Source: Acidobacteriota bacterium
Lineage (GTDB): Bacteria; Acidobacteriota; UBA6911; JACQSX01
Assembly: GCA_036507075.1 (NCBI GenBank)
Contig: DASXQR010000175.1
Location: 1-20,531, forward strand
Reading direction: 5' to 3'
Length of the DNA: 20,531 nucleotides
Shown piece after piece: positions 1 through 7,780 of the stretch. The position numbers and the translations under genes are program-made. The notes beneath the pieces were generated by a model. That model saw only the letters and a program-made list of their open reading frames with translations. It did not search any database and had not been told where the DNA came from. Within the stretch, counting starts at the first letter, position 1, and each line of letters begins with the position of its first letter.

Positions 1-26
1 GAAACGAGCGCTGTGGCGCTCGTTTC
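1..26. repeat. Perfect hairpin (REP-like palindrome)
   Basis: GAAACGAGCGC-tgtg-GCGCTCGTTTC, 11-bp perfect stem with a 4-nt loop; may continue beyond the window edge. Confidence 0.6.
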
Positions 27-90
27 GAAGCGACGAATCCGGTTTACCAAAGCATAGTGGGGCCGACGGTCTAGTGAAGAATCGCATTCA

Positions 91-135
91 CCACCGGGAC
101 AAGCCCGGTGGCGTCCGATTTTTTCACACGTTCTA
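91..135. repeat. REP-like palindrome and probable end of a small non-autonomous element
   Basis: CCACCGGG-acaag-CCCGGTGG (91-111), then TTTTTTCACACGTTCTA, which directly abuts a truncated copy of another repeat at TA (134-135). Confidence 0.5.
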
Positions 136-222
136 AGCAAGCGGACCTTCCCAGGAACAATTACCACCAAATTGATTAGAAGTGCTTCATCGAGGGTCCG
201 CTTCCTTACGCGCGCGGTTCGG
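134..222. repeat. Left-truncated REPIN-like inverted repeat, same family as 14263-14367
   Basis: TAAGCAAGCGGACC ... GGTCCGCTTCCTTACGCGCGCGGTTCGG. The right arm matches the right arm of the 14263-14367 element; the left arm lacks CCGAACCGCGCGCG. Confidence 0.75.
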
Positions 223-229
223 CTGATCG

Positions 230-372
230 CTTCCTTTCCCACTATCTCCTCCTTTCTTCCCCCTTCCTTCCCATTCATCCCCCCTTCATAACCCTTCCTC
301 CCCTTCATCCCACTTCATAACCCTTCATAACCTTTCATAGCCCTTGATAACCCTTTATCTCCCCTTCATAAC
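230..372. repeat. Degenerate ~10-bp tandem repeat (CCCTTCATAA), strongly pyrimidine-biased on the + strand
   Basis: Units such as cccttcataa, cacttcataa, cctttcatag, cccttgataa, ccctttatct follow one another; almost no G on the + strand. Confidence 0.75.
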
Positions 373-418
373 GCCGTGCGTGTTAAGATTCGATGAAATT
401 CTCCCTCGCCTTCTTGCT

Positions 419-3268
419 ATGAAAAGAAAGAGAATCTTCCTGATCGCGGCTTTCGTTGCGATCTTCCTGGTCTACGGGGCGATTTTCACCTGGGGCTTGC
501 TGGCGCTGAATACGCATCCCTGGCCGGGAATGATGGTCAGCCCTCACAAGTCGGAGCGAAACAGTCCGTTGACGCCCCATTTCTGCCCCAAAGGGAAGTG
601 CGAGCGGAAGGGAATCCATGTCCAGACGCCGGGTTTTGATCCAAAGTTTGCCCGCGCCACTGTACAGATTTCTTTTGCCGGCGCGCCGGCGTATCGGGCC
701 GGAATCGGCGGCGGCGATGAAATCGTTGCAGTCAATGAGATCCCCGTCTATTTGACAGGAGAGCTGGAGTCCAGGGCCAACCAGGCGCGAATAGGGGACC
801 AGGTCACATACCGCATCCGCCGCGGCGAGCGCACCTTTGTGCTTCCAGTGCGACTGGATGCGCCGCTGAAATCAGTCCATATACAGCTTCGCGTAGCCGC
901 GAACATTCTGGTTTTGCTCATATTTGTCGTCATCGGATTCCTGGTCTATTGGGCCAAACCGGATGATCGGCGCGCCTGGATCTTCTGCGCAATGTCGATG
1001 GTTGCGGCCGCCTATTTTCTGGTAACGGGGGTTCAGGGCGATTGGATCAACTCGTTTGGACTGATTCGCTTTTCTACGCTGTTCTCGTTTCTGGGAGTCT
1101 GCCTGCTTTTTGGCACGCTGTTTGCGGTAATGCTTCTGCACCTTGCCCTGGTGTTTCCAAAAGACAGACCGATTGTCAAAAGGGACCCAAAAATCATCCG
1201 TAAGATCTACGGGATGCCGCTGATGGTTCCGGTGGCGGCCGTGGGACCCTTTCTCATTATCGCGGTCTTCGCCAGTAAAGGCGTCAAGGCATGGCTGGCA
1301 GGAGTAATCGTCGCAGGGCTGGCGGTTTTAGCCACAGTTGTGCTTTGGAGGCTGGTTAGGATGGCCCGGTCGACTGGCTGGAAGCGGGTTCCGCTCCAGC
1401 ACCCTTACATCACGGCGCTGGCGTTGATGTTGCCGGCCTGGTTCGTCTCAGGGTCAATGTCGCTGCTGGTTCGGATCCTTGAAATTAAATCCGCCCGTGT
1501 ATGGCTTCAGATGTCAGCCCTGTTTTTGAGCGCAGTGCCGCTGGCGCTGCTTTACCTGGTGATTCTCAGCTATCCGGTGCTTACCTGCATCGAGCTGGTT
1601 CGAAGCTACAGGGAAAGTGATGTTGAGGAGAAAAAGCAGGTGCAGTGGCCCCTGTGGGGCACGTTCGTGGCCGTGGCTGGACCGTTTATTATGCATGTTC
1701 TGATTTTCTTCATCAATTTTGTCGCCAGCTTGAGGTCCCAGGCGATCTCACCCGTCGTTACGTCCGTGGCTGAGATTGTACCCCGGCTGTTTTCACTGCT
1801 CATTCCGGTGTCTTTCGCGATCGCGATATTCAAGTACCGATTGATGAACATCGACGTACTGATCAGAAAAACGATCATTTATTCCGTGCTCAGTGGAATT
1901 GTCGTGTTGCTGTATCTGTCGCTGGTGGGCGGCATCGGCGGTCTGGTATTCCGTTTTACGGGAGTGGAAAGCCAGACGGTGACGATTTTTTCCACGCTGG
2001 CCGTCGCCGCGCTTTTCCTGCCGGCCAGGAATCGAGTGCAGCATTTTGTGGATCGTCGCTTCTTTCGCAAAAAATATGAGTATCCCCAGGCGCTCAGAAT
2101 TCTGGCAAATGAAGTTTCCGAAGCGGTGAGTCCCCGGGATCTTCTCAAATGGGTTGCCGGGCATCTTGTCCAGGTGCTGCAGAACCGCGGCGTTCTGATA
2201 TTCACCCGCGACGGCAGCGAGCAGGATTACTCTGTGGCAGCCAAAGTCGGCTTGTCCGATCAACTGGTGGGCAGGCTGCGGTTTGCCCGCAACAGCCCGG
2301 TCGTCAGGCTTATGAAGGGAGGCGCCATTTCGCAGGACGAGAAAGCCATCGGGGAAGACCGGCTCAAGCTTCGCGCTTTAGGCGCGCCCCTGCTGGCGCC
2401 GCTGAATCTGAAGGGAGACTTGCTCGGTTTCCTTATTCTGGGCGCCAAATTGTCGAACGAGGAGTATGACGATGATGATCGCGAGTTCCTCTCCCTGGCT
2501 GCCGAACAGCTTGCCGCAGGATTAAGGAACTTCCGGCTGAAGGAAGAGGAGCGCGAGTATTCTGAAGCGCGGGAGATTCAACAGGGTCTCCTTCCCAAGG
2601 AGTTTCCGCAGCTTCGCGGCTACCAGATTTCGGGCGCGTGGCAGCCGACACGCGTGGTGGGCGGGGACTACTTCGATATTTTGAAGGTCGGTGAAAATCG
2701 GCTGGCGATCTGCATTGCCGATGTTTCCGGCAAGGGAATGCCCGCCGCGCTGTTGATGTCAAATCTTCAGGCGGCGGTGAAGGCCTTTGCCACTGAAGCC
2801 ATTGCTCCCCGGGAGCTGACCGAAAAGGTTAACCGGGTGCTTTGCAGCAACATCGCCCCGGGAAAGTTCATCACTTTCGTCTTTTGCATTCTCGATGGTC
2901 CGTCCGGTACGCTCTGCTACACCAATGCCGGTCACAATTCACCGCTGTTGATGTGCGGCGACGGCTCGGTCAAAAAACTGGAAGCCAGCGGCGCGGTTCT
3001 TGGAGTCTTCCGGGACTGGAAGTACGACCAGACGGAAGTGACTCTGGCTGCAGGCGATCGGGTGCTGTTCTACACCGATGGAGTGAGCGAAGCGGGCAGC
3101 TTGGATGGCGAGGAGTTCGGAGAAGACCGCCTGACGGCGGTGCTGCGCCAGAATTCGACCTCTGACGCGACATCGCTTCAGGAAAAGGTGATGCACAACG
3201 TCAGGGAATTCTGCGAGGGCAACTTTCACGACGACGCCACCGTAGTGGTGCTGGCGGTGACAGGATAA
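419..3268 (+). CDS. Membrane-bound PP2C/SpoIIE (RsbU-like) Ser/Thr phosphatase with N-terminal PDZ domain, multi-TM region and GAF domain
   Basis: PDZ-like PAYRAGIGGGDEIVAVN; many hydrophobic helices; GAF-like PLNLKGDLLGFLILG..YDDDDREFL; SpoIIE motifs GGDYFD, IADVSGKG, NAGHN, FYTDG, HDDAT. Start placed at ATG 419 (MKRKRIFL) because the TTG at 344 lies inside the tandem repeat. Confidence 0.9.
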   Translation: MKRKRIFLIAAFVAIFLVYGAIFTWGLLALNTHPWPGMMVSPHKSERNSPLTPHFCPKGKCERKGIHVQTPGFDPKFARATVQISFAGAPAYRAGIGGGDEIVAVNEIPVYLTGELESRANQARIGDQVTYRIRRGERTFVLPVRLDAPLKSVHIQLRVAANILVLLIFVVIGFLVYWAKPDDRRAWIFCAMSMVAAAYFLVTGVQGDWINSFGLIRFSTLFSFLGVCLLFGTLFAVMLLHLALVFPKDRPIVKRDPKIIRKIYGMPLMVPVAAVGPFLIIAVFASKGVKAWLAGVIVAGLAVLATVVLWRLVRMARSTGWKRVPLQHPYITALALMLPAWFVSGSMSLLVRILEIKSARVWLQMSALFLSAVPLALLYLVILSYPVLTCIELVRSYRESDVEEKKQVQWPLWGTFVAVAGPFIMHVLIFFINFVASLRSQAISPVVTSVAEIVPRLFSLLIPVSFAIAIFKYRLMNIDVLIRKTIIYSVLSGIVVLLYLSLVGGIGGLVFRFTGVESQTVTIFSTLAVAALFLPARNRVQHFVDRRFFRKKYEYPQALRILANEVSEAVSPRDLLKWVAGHLVQVLQNRGVLIFTRDGSEQDYSVAAKVGLSDQLVGRLRFARNSPVVRLMKGGAISQDEKAIGEDRLKLRALGAPLLAPLNLKGDLLGFLILGAKLSNEEYDDDDREFLSLAAEQLAAGLRNFRLKEEEREYSEAREIQQGLLPKEFPQLRGYQISGAWQPTRVVGGDYFDILKVGENRLAICIADVSGKGMPAALLMSNLQAAVKAFATEAIAPRELTEKVNRVLCSNIAPGKFITFVFCILDGPSGTLCYTNAGHNSPLLMCGDGSVKKLEASGAVLGVFRDWKYDQTEVTLAAGDRVLFYTDGVSEAGSLDGEEFGEDRLTAVLRQNSTSDATSLQEKVMHNVREFCEGNFHDDATVVVLAVTG

Positions 3269-3310
3269 CGGAGCACGAAAATCGTGTTTGCAGTCCGTGG
3301 CCCGTGGTTC
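3268..3310. terminator. Possible hairpin/terminator between convergent genes
   Basis: GAGCACGA-aaa-TCGTGTTT stem, with ACGGA/TCCGT outer pairing, in the 44-bp gap between convergent stop codons. Confidence 0.35.
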
Positions 3311-3312
3311 TC

Positions 3313-3681
3313 TTACTTCACGTTCTCGGAGCTCTCAGCCGCTTTATTAATCACTCGCGTCGACATCATTTCCATCATGGCCATGCAACCCGACAGATGA
3401 CCTTTCATGTCATCCAGGTTGTTTTCCATTTTCGCCAGCGCCTCTTTCATCTTGGCAGCATCATTTGATTGTCTGGCCTGCTGCATCATCTTTCCCATTT
3501 CGTCGACGGAAGTCGAGGTTTTCTGGCAGTGTTTACGGCATTCCCGGTTCATTTCTGCCACCGACTTCAGCGTGTCGCCTGTGCCGGCCATGCGGGGCTG
3601 GGAGGATTGTCGGCAAGAGAGCGTGACGCCAAGTATTGCCAAACCGAGGCACATCATTGTGGGAAGCTTTTGTTTTTTCAT
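3313..3681 (-). CDS. Small Met-rich helical lipoprotein, putative periplasmic Cu(I)/Ag(I)-binding protein
   Basis: Basic N-terminus, hydrophobic core and lipobox-like TLS-C23. The mature part has 13 Met, CRKHC and HLSGCMAMMEMM. Confidence 0.7.
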   Translation of the reverse strand: MKKQKLPTMMCLGLAILGVTLSCRQSSQPRMAGTGDTLKSVAEMNRECRKHCQKTSTSVDEMGKMMQQARQSNDAAKMKEALAKMENNLDDMKGHLSGCMAMMEMMSTRVINKAAESSENVK

Positions 3682-3693
3682 GCAATCATTCTA
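3682..3693 (-). promoter_or_regulatory. -10 box for probable leaderless transcription of the lipoprotein gene
   Basis: TAGAAT (3693-3688), 6 nt, then ATG (3681); no SD sequence visible. Confidence 0.5.
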
Positions 3694-3707
3694 CCGAGCC
3701 CGCATAA

Positions 3708-3732
3708 CTTCGTGTCTTCGTGGCTTGGTGGC
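3708..3732. repeat. Three tandem 8-bp repeats (CTTCGTGT CTTCGTGG CTTGGTGG)
   Basis: Directly visible; similar in style to the 4958-5010 repeat. Confidence 0.55.
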
Positions 3733-3772
3733 AAATCCCTGTGGCCGGTTAATCGGGTATGTTGGAACTTGG

Positions 3773-4933
3773 TTATTCCACGGCCGGCCTGTTGAATCGT
3801 TCCGGCGCCAGCAGACGGATATCATGCCGCGTTTGACCCCGTTCGACCAGATCGGCCAGGATTTCTCCAACCACACTGCAGAATTTGAATCCATGCCCGG
3901 AGAACCCGCAGGCAATCAGGACGTTGGAATGCCAGGGGTGACGCGCGACAATGAAATTTTTGTCTGGTGTGTTGGTGTATATGCAGGTGACAGCGTCCAG
4001 CAGCGCCCCGTTGAGCGACGGGATCAGGCGTGAAATGGCGGTTCGAATCTGCGCGATTTCGTTTTCGTGCACGCTCCGGTCAATCGTGTCAGGAGTGCAA
4101 AGCCGGATTGACGGCGCGCGATAGAAGGAGGTTTTTACCCCGCCTTCGGGCCCATCGACAGCCGGAAAACCGTAGGGCTGCAGGCCGTCTTCGGTTTCCC
4201 AGATGAAAATGGGGAAGCGATCCGGCAGAAACGGCTCAATTCCTCCCATCGGGTCAAACCAGTACAGGACATGGCGCTCGACGACAAGAGGCAATCTCAA
4301 GTCGGAAAGAATCTCCGGCGCCCATGCTCCGGGCGCTACCACAAGATGCTGCGCCTGGTAGCTGCCCGCGCTTGTCGTTACGGCAACGCTGTCATTGTGG
4401 GCTTGCCACGCCAGCACTTTCTCACCAAATTGAAGCGTCGCGCCAAGGCCAGCGGCTCGCTCCAGGTGCGCGAGCACGCAATCCTCCGGCCGCAGAAATC
4501 CGGACTGTGTTTCATAGAGCGCTACCGTGCCGCCTGGCGGTGTCAGAGGCGGGAAACGTTTGGCGATATCACTAGCCTCAAGAATTTCATGGGAAAGGTT
4601 GTGTTCGGTTGCGCTTCGAAGACTTCCGGCAAAAACCTGGCCGTCAGGCGAGCCGAGCATCAACCCGCCTGTGATCGTCAGCAGCTTGCGGCGGGTATCG
4701 TGCTCGATCTGATTCCATAGTTCATAACCGCGCAACAGCAGGGGAACATATGCCGGATCTTCATAATAAGCCTGCCGAATGATGCGCGTCTTTCCGTGAC
4801 TGGAGCCTTTGTCGTGTGCCGGAGTGTATTGTTCCAGTCCGAGAATCCGCTTTCCTCGCAAGGCAAGCCGGCAGGCTGCAGCGCTTCCCATCCCCCCAAG
4901 CCCAATAACGATTGCGTCGAAAATCTGCGCCAT
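3773..4933 (-). CDS. solA: N-methyl-L-tryptophan oxidase / monomeric sarcosine oxidase family flavoprotein
   Basis: IGLGGMGS FAD-binding motif, GSSHGKTRIIR, CIYTNTPD (covalent-flavin Cys region), GFSGHGFKF. Start taken at MAQIFD (4933). Confidence 0.9.
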   Translation of the reverse strand: MAQIFDAIVIGLGGMGSAAACRLALRGKRILGLEQYTPAHDKGSSHGKTRIIRQAYYEDPAYVPLLLRGYELWNQIEHDTRRKLLTITGGLMLGSPDGQVFAGSLRSATEHNLSHEILEASDIAKRFPPLTPPGGTVALYETQSGFLRPEDCVLAHLERAAGLGATLQFGEKVLAWQAHNDSVAVTTSAGSYQAQHLVVAPGAWAPEILSDLRLPLVVERHVLYWFDPMGGIEPFLPDRFPIFIWETEDGLQPYGFPAVDGPEGGVKTSFYRAPSIRLCTPDTIDRSVHENEIAQIRTAISRLIPSLNGALLDAVTCIYTNTPDKNFIVARHPWHSNVLIACGFSGHGFKFCSVVGEILADLVERGQTRHDIRLLAPERFNRPAVE

Positions 4934-4957
4934 GAAAAAATTATCCAAGAAAACTTA

Positions 4958-5010
4958 ACCGCCAAGATCGCCAAGAGCATCAAGGTGGCGGTCTTGGCTC
5001 TCTTGGCGGT
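4958..5010. repeat. Inverted repeat built from GCCAAGA units
   Basis: ACCGCCAAGATCGCCAAGA ... TCTTGGCTCTCTTGGCGGT; 17 of 19 positions pair. Confidence 0.7.
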
Positions 5011-5064
5011 GAAGATGTTTTTTGAACAGTCCGGGCTTCTGGGCGGGCTAATGCGGCAGCCGCC

Positions 5065-7200
5065 TTAGTGCACAGTCATCTTACCGGGTCGAATACGGAT
5101 GAACAGATGGTAACTAATCGGATTGGAGTCGTATACGGCCTTCAATCCACGTGGAACGTGATAGGCGGTGATGTCGCCGCCGATTCCAAGCCGCATTTTG
5201 GGAGTGGCAATGATGTCGCGTACCCCACCCAACGTGAATGCTCCCACTCGAAAGAGCCGATCAAGTTGACCTGGACTGGCTGCCAACAAGCCGCGTCGAC
5301 CAAAAATGTTCTCCGCAAGCAGATCCTTCTTATCGACTAATTCCAGCCTGCCATAGGCGTAATTTTTGTCCTGAAAATTGACTGTCGACTCGAGCAAATA
5401 AGAATTGAAATTACCGCGCTCTTCATGGTTTCTACCCCAGATCAGCGTCGTCGCCCAGTGGCCTTCATCCCAATTTCGGGTGTGCGCGATAGAAGCCGTT
5501 AAACGGTCCAGATCACCCAGCTCAAACTTTTCGGGATTCTTCAGATGAGCGCCGGAGAACTGCATCGTCCACTCCCGGAAAGGTGTGAACCAGGCACGCG
5601 CGCTCCAGGAATCGAGCTTTCCAAGTTCAATATCCTTGCGATTCTCGTCCGGTTCGGCGCCGCGGAAAATCGAGCTCTCAAATTTCAAACGCCACGCCGT
5701 TACCCCGCCTGTCAGGACGCCATGCGCGATGTGGGTTGAGTCCTGAAGGTGATGGCCAAGCGGCGCTGCGGGATTCTCCATTGCCGAAGGGCGATGCATG
5801 AAAGCCACCGGTCCGATTGCGGGTTCCGCGACCGGACCACCGTAGAACTGGAAAGAGACGTTCTCTGATACGGGCAGCGTATAGCCGGCTGCCAGTTCCA
5901 TGAAGAGATCATGCGGATGCTGGGCATCGATGATGGGCCGGCCCTTATAGGTCTCGCCGGTCTGGAGCAGCTCGGGAAAACCGCCATTGGGCGTCGTCCG
6001 CGGTTCGGCTGAAAACATCCCTCGCAGCATCAGGCGCCCGCGCCCTGTTTTTCGTTCTGCCATGGCCATGATCCAGTTCTGGGACTCGGCCTTGTTTACA
6101 CCGCGCGGACCGCCCTGATGATTGAATCCGACCTTCAGATCACCGTGCAGCATCACCATCCAGCCATCTTTCATCCAATGCCGCATATAACCGGGAGTCG
6201 TCGCAGGCTGAAGACTGGTGCCTGAGCCGATAGCTTCCATGGCTTTGAAGGGGCCGCCCGTCTCTGTGGTCATCATTTCCGTCATCTCGTGAGCGCCCAT
6301 CTTGCCCATATCGTGCGGAGCCTGACCCGGCATCTTGCTCATATCGTGCGGAGCCTGACCCGGCTGCCCTGTTCCATGCTGCATCTGCCCGTGCTGCATT
6401 TCCCCGGCCTGTGGAGTGGCCTGAGAAGTCTGCGCGGAAGGAATCCCCCCATGTTGCATCTGACCATGTGACTGCGACGCAGTCGGCGCACCAGGGTTCT
6501 GCTCGCCGGCTGCTGGACGTGCCATTTCATGGCCTTGGTGTGCGCCGGCAGGCTGGCCCGACGGAGCGGCCCCGCTCGAGGGTTTTGAAGTCTCAGCCGC
6601 CGGATGCTGATGCACTGGCTGGCTTCCTTTTACAGTCTCCGCCTGCGGATGTTGATGCATCGGCTGCTTTGCTTTAGTCGTCTCTGCCTGGGGATGCTGA
6701 TGCGCCGGCTGGTTTTTCTGCAGCTTACCGTCTGGCACAGCCGGCGCAGATCTGTGCTGCTTATGCTGGGACGCAGCATCCGGGGCGGCCTTTTTTGAAA
6801 CCGCCTGGCCGTAGTGTGGGTGTGGGGGCGCTTTTTTGAACAATTTCAAAGCCGTCTCGCCCTGGTGCCTAGTTGAGCGCGGCTGGCGGCTGATCGGGCG
6901 CTTGCCCGCAGATTGACCGCCATGGTGATGAACGGTCGCCGTTTTGGAGATCCTAACCTTTGACACTTTGGCTTTTGGCTTTTTGCGGCTTCTTTTGCTT
7001 TGCTCGACCTTCTTCGTACCGTCGTGCCCTGTGTGAACCACATCGACGGCAGTCGCGGCGTGTGTGGGAATATCTGACATGCACAGCGCAGCAAGAAAGA
7101 GCCCAATGGAAAGCGCTGGTGCTAGCGCCTCTATGGGAAGGAGAGTTGGCTGAATTCCGCTTCCGTAATTGTTCCTAAATACGTAACGCATATATACCAT
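5065..7200 (-). CDS. Putative outer-membrane beta-barrel protein with a long His/Met-rich N-terminal region (heavy-metal associated)
   Basis: N-terminal hydrophobic segment; ~260 aa low-complexity K/H/Q/M/P region; C-terminal ~390-aa domain starting GSGTSLQPATTP with DAQHPHDLFMEL, FMHR, HHLQDSTHI and amphipathic beta-strands. The start codon is uncertain. Confidence 0.7.
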   Translation of the reverse strand: MVYMRYVFRNNYGSGIQPTLLPIEALAPALSIGLFLAALCMSDIPTHAATAVDVVHTGHDGTKKVEQSKRSRKKPKAKVSKVRISKTATVHHHGGQSAGKRPISRQPRSTRHQGETALKLFKKAPPHPHYGQAVSKKAAPDAASQHKQHRSAPAVPDGKLQKNQPAHQHPQAETTKAKQPMHQHPQAETVKGSQPVHQHPAAETSKPSSGAAPSGQPAGAHQGHEMARPAAGEQNPGAPTASQSHGQMQHGGIPSAQTSQATPQAGEMQHGQMQHGTGQPGQAPHDMSKMPGQAPHDMGKMGAHEMTEMMTTETGGPFKAMEAIGSGTSLQPATTPGYMRHWMKDGWMVMLHGDLKVGFNHQGGPRGVNKAESQNWIMAMAERKTGRGRLMLRGMFSAEPRTTPNGGFPELLQTGETYKGRPIIDAQHPHDLFMELAAGYTLPVSENVSFQFYGGPVAEPAIGPVAFMHRPSAMENPAAPLGHHLQDSTHIAHGVLTGGVTAWRLKFESSIFRGAEPDENRKDIELGKLDSWSARAWFTPFREWTMQFSGAHLKNPEKFELGDLDRLTASIAHTRNWDEGHWATTLIWGRNHEERGNFNSYLLESTVNFQDKNYAYGRLELVDKKDLLAENIFGRRGLLAASPGQLDRLFRVGAFTLGGVRDIIATPKMRLGIGGDITAYHVPRGLKAVYDSNPISYHLFIRIRPGKMTVH
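6298..6363 (-). repeat. Intragenic 33-bp tandem duplication encoding PGQAPHDM(S/G)KM twice
   Basis: 6298-6330 and 6331-6363 differ at one base. Confidence 0.9.
6577..6711 (-). repeat. Intragenic 45-bp x3 repeat encoding QPxHQHPxAET
   Basis: QPAHQHPQAETTKAK / QPMHQHPQAETVKGS / QPVHQHPAAETSKPS. Confidence 0.85.
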
Positions 7201-7278
7201 CCGGAGTTGCGTTTCCTAAATTTTCAGATGCTGAGTCTTAACGCTGAACGAGCGGGTACGCCGTCGCGAGAGGGAGGA

Positions 7279-7707
7279 TCAGATACGGAGCGAAAGCAAG
7301 GATGGAATTTCAGGAGTCCGGCTCGCACCCGGTGGCGAATGATCGTTCACATCGGGGAGTGTTCGGCATTGCTGTTCGGAAATGTTCCCAGCAGGCAGAG
7401 ACAAACCTTCAAATGACGTAGAGCAACCTGGCAGGGGCGATATTTTCGAAGCAGGACCGGCCAGGCCGCCATGGATAAAGTGCGTGCATGTCGGCTGATG
7501 TGAGGTCCGAACCGGTGTCCCGGCGCTGCGAGAATGGCAGGACTCGACCGACTTTTCCTGAGTTTCAGATGTGGTCTGGGAATCAGCTCCAAACGCTTGT
7601 CTGCACTGGAAAGGAAAAAGCGCAGCACATGTGTTTTCGCATTGGCCGATCGATAGTGAAACAAAACCAATGCTCCCTGCCAGGACCGCAACGAAAACCC
7701 GCTTCAT
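7279..7707 (-). CDS. Small Cys/His-rich protein with N-terminal hydrophobic segment, ending PP...LRI (copy 1; putative leader/arrest peptide)
   Basis: MKRVFVAVLAGSIGFVSLS, CENTC, SCH, CTH, C-terminal HSPP-x13-LRI*; ends 78 bp upstream of the His/Met-rich OMP gene. Confidence 0.75.
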   Translation of the reverse strand: MKRVFVAVLAGSIGFVSLSIGQCENTCAALFPFQCRQAFGADSQTTSETQEKSVESCHSRSAGTPVRTSHQPTCTHFIHGGLAGPASKISPLPGCSTSFEGLSLPAGNISEQQCRTLPDVNDHSPPGASRTPEIPSLLSLRI

Positions 7708-7722
7708 ACATGTAGGATACCA
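7708..7722 (-). promoter_or_regulatory. Extended -10 promoter, probable leaderless start
   Basis: TG-G-TATCCT (7722-7714), 6 nt, then ATG (7707). Confidence 0.5.
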
Positions 7723-7780
7723 TTGAAAGGTCAGATCCCTTCCACGTGGTTCCGAGACAGCCCACTACCGGACAGGTGCA

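Noticed and set aside
344..418. Long ORF starts from the track (344, 4948, 9049, 9141, 12651, 14344)
   Set aside because: These extensions run through repeats or promoter DNA; downstream ATGs fit SD sequences, signal peptides or family N-termini better.
3407..4033. 208-aa + strand ORF and the other antisense or alternative-frame ORFs (e.g. 13575-14138, 17489-18166)
   Set aside because: They overlap well-supported genes and show no recognisable motifs; typical shadow ORFs of GC-rich DNA.
5031..5064. Intrinsic terminator after the OMP gene
   Set aside because: A GGCGG-CT/AG-CCCGCC stem is possible but bulged and lacks a U-tract on the coding strand.
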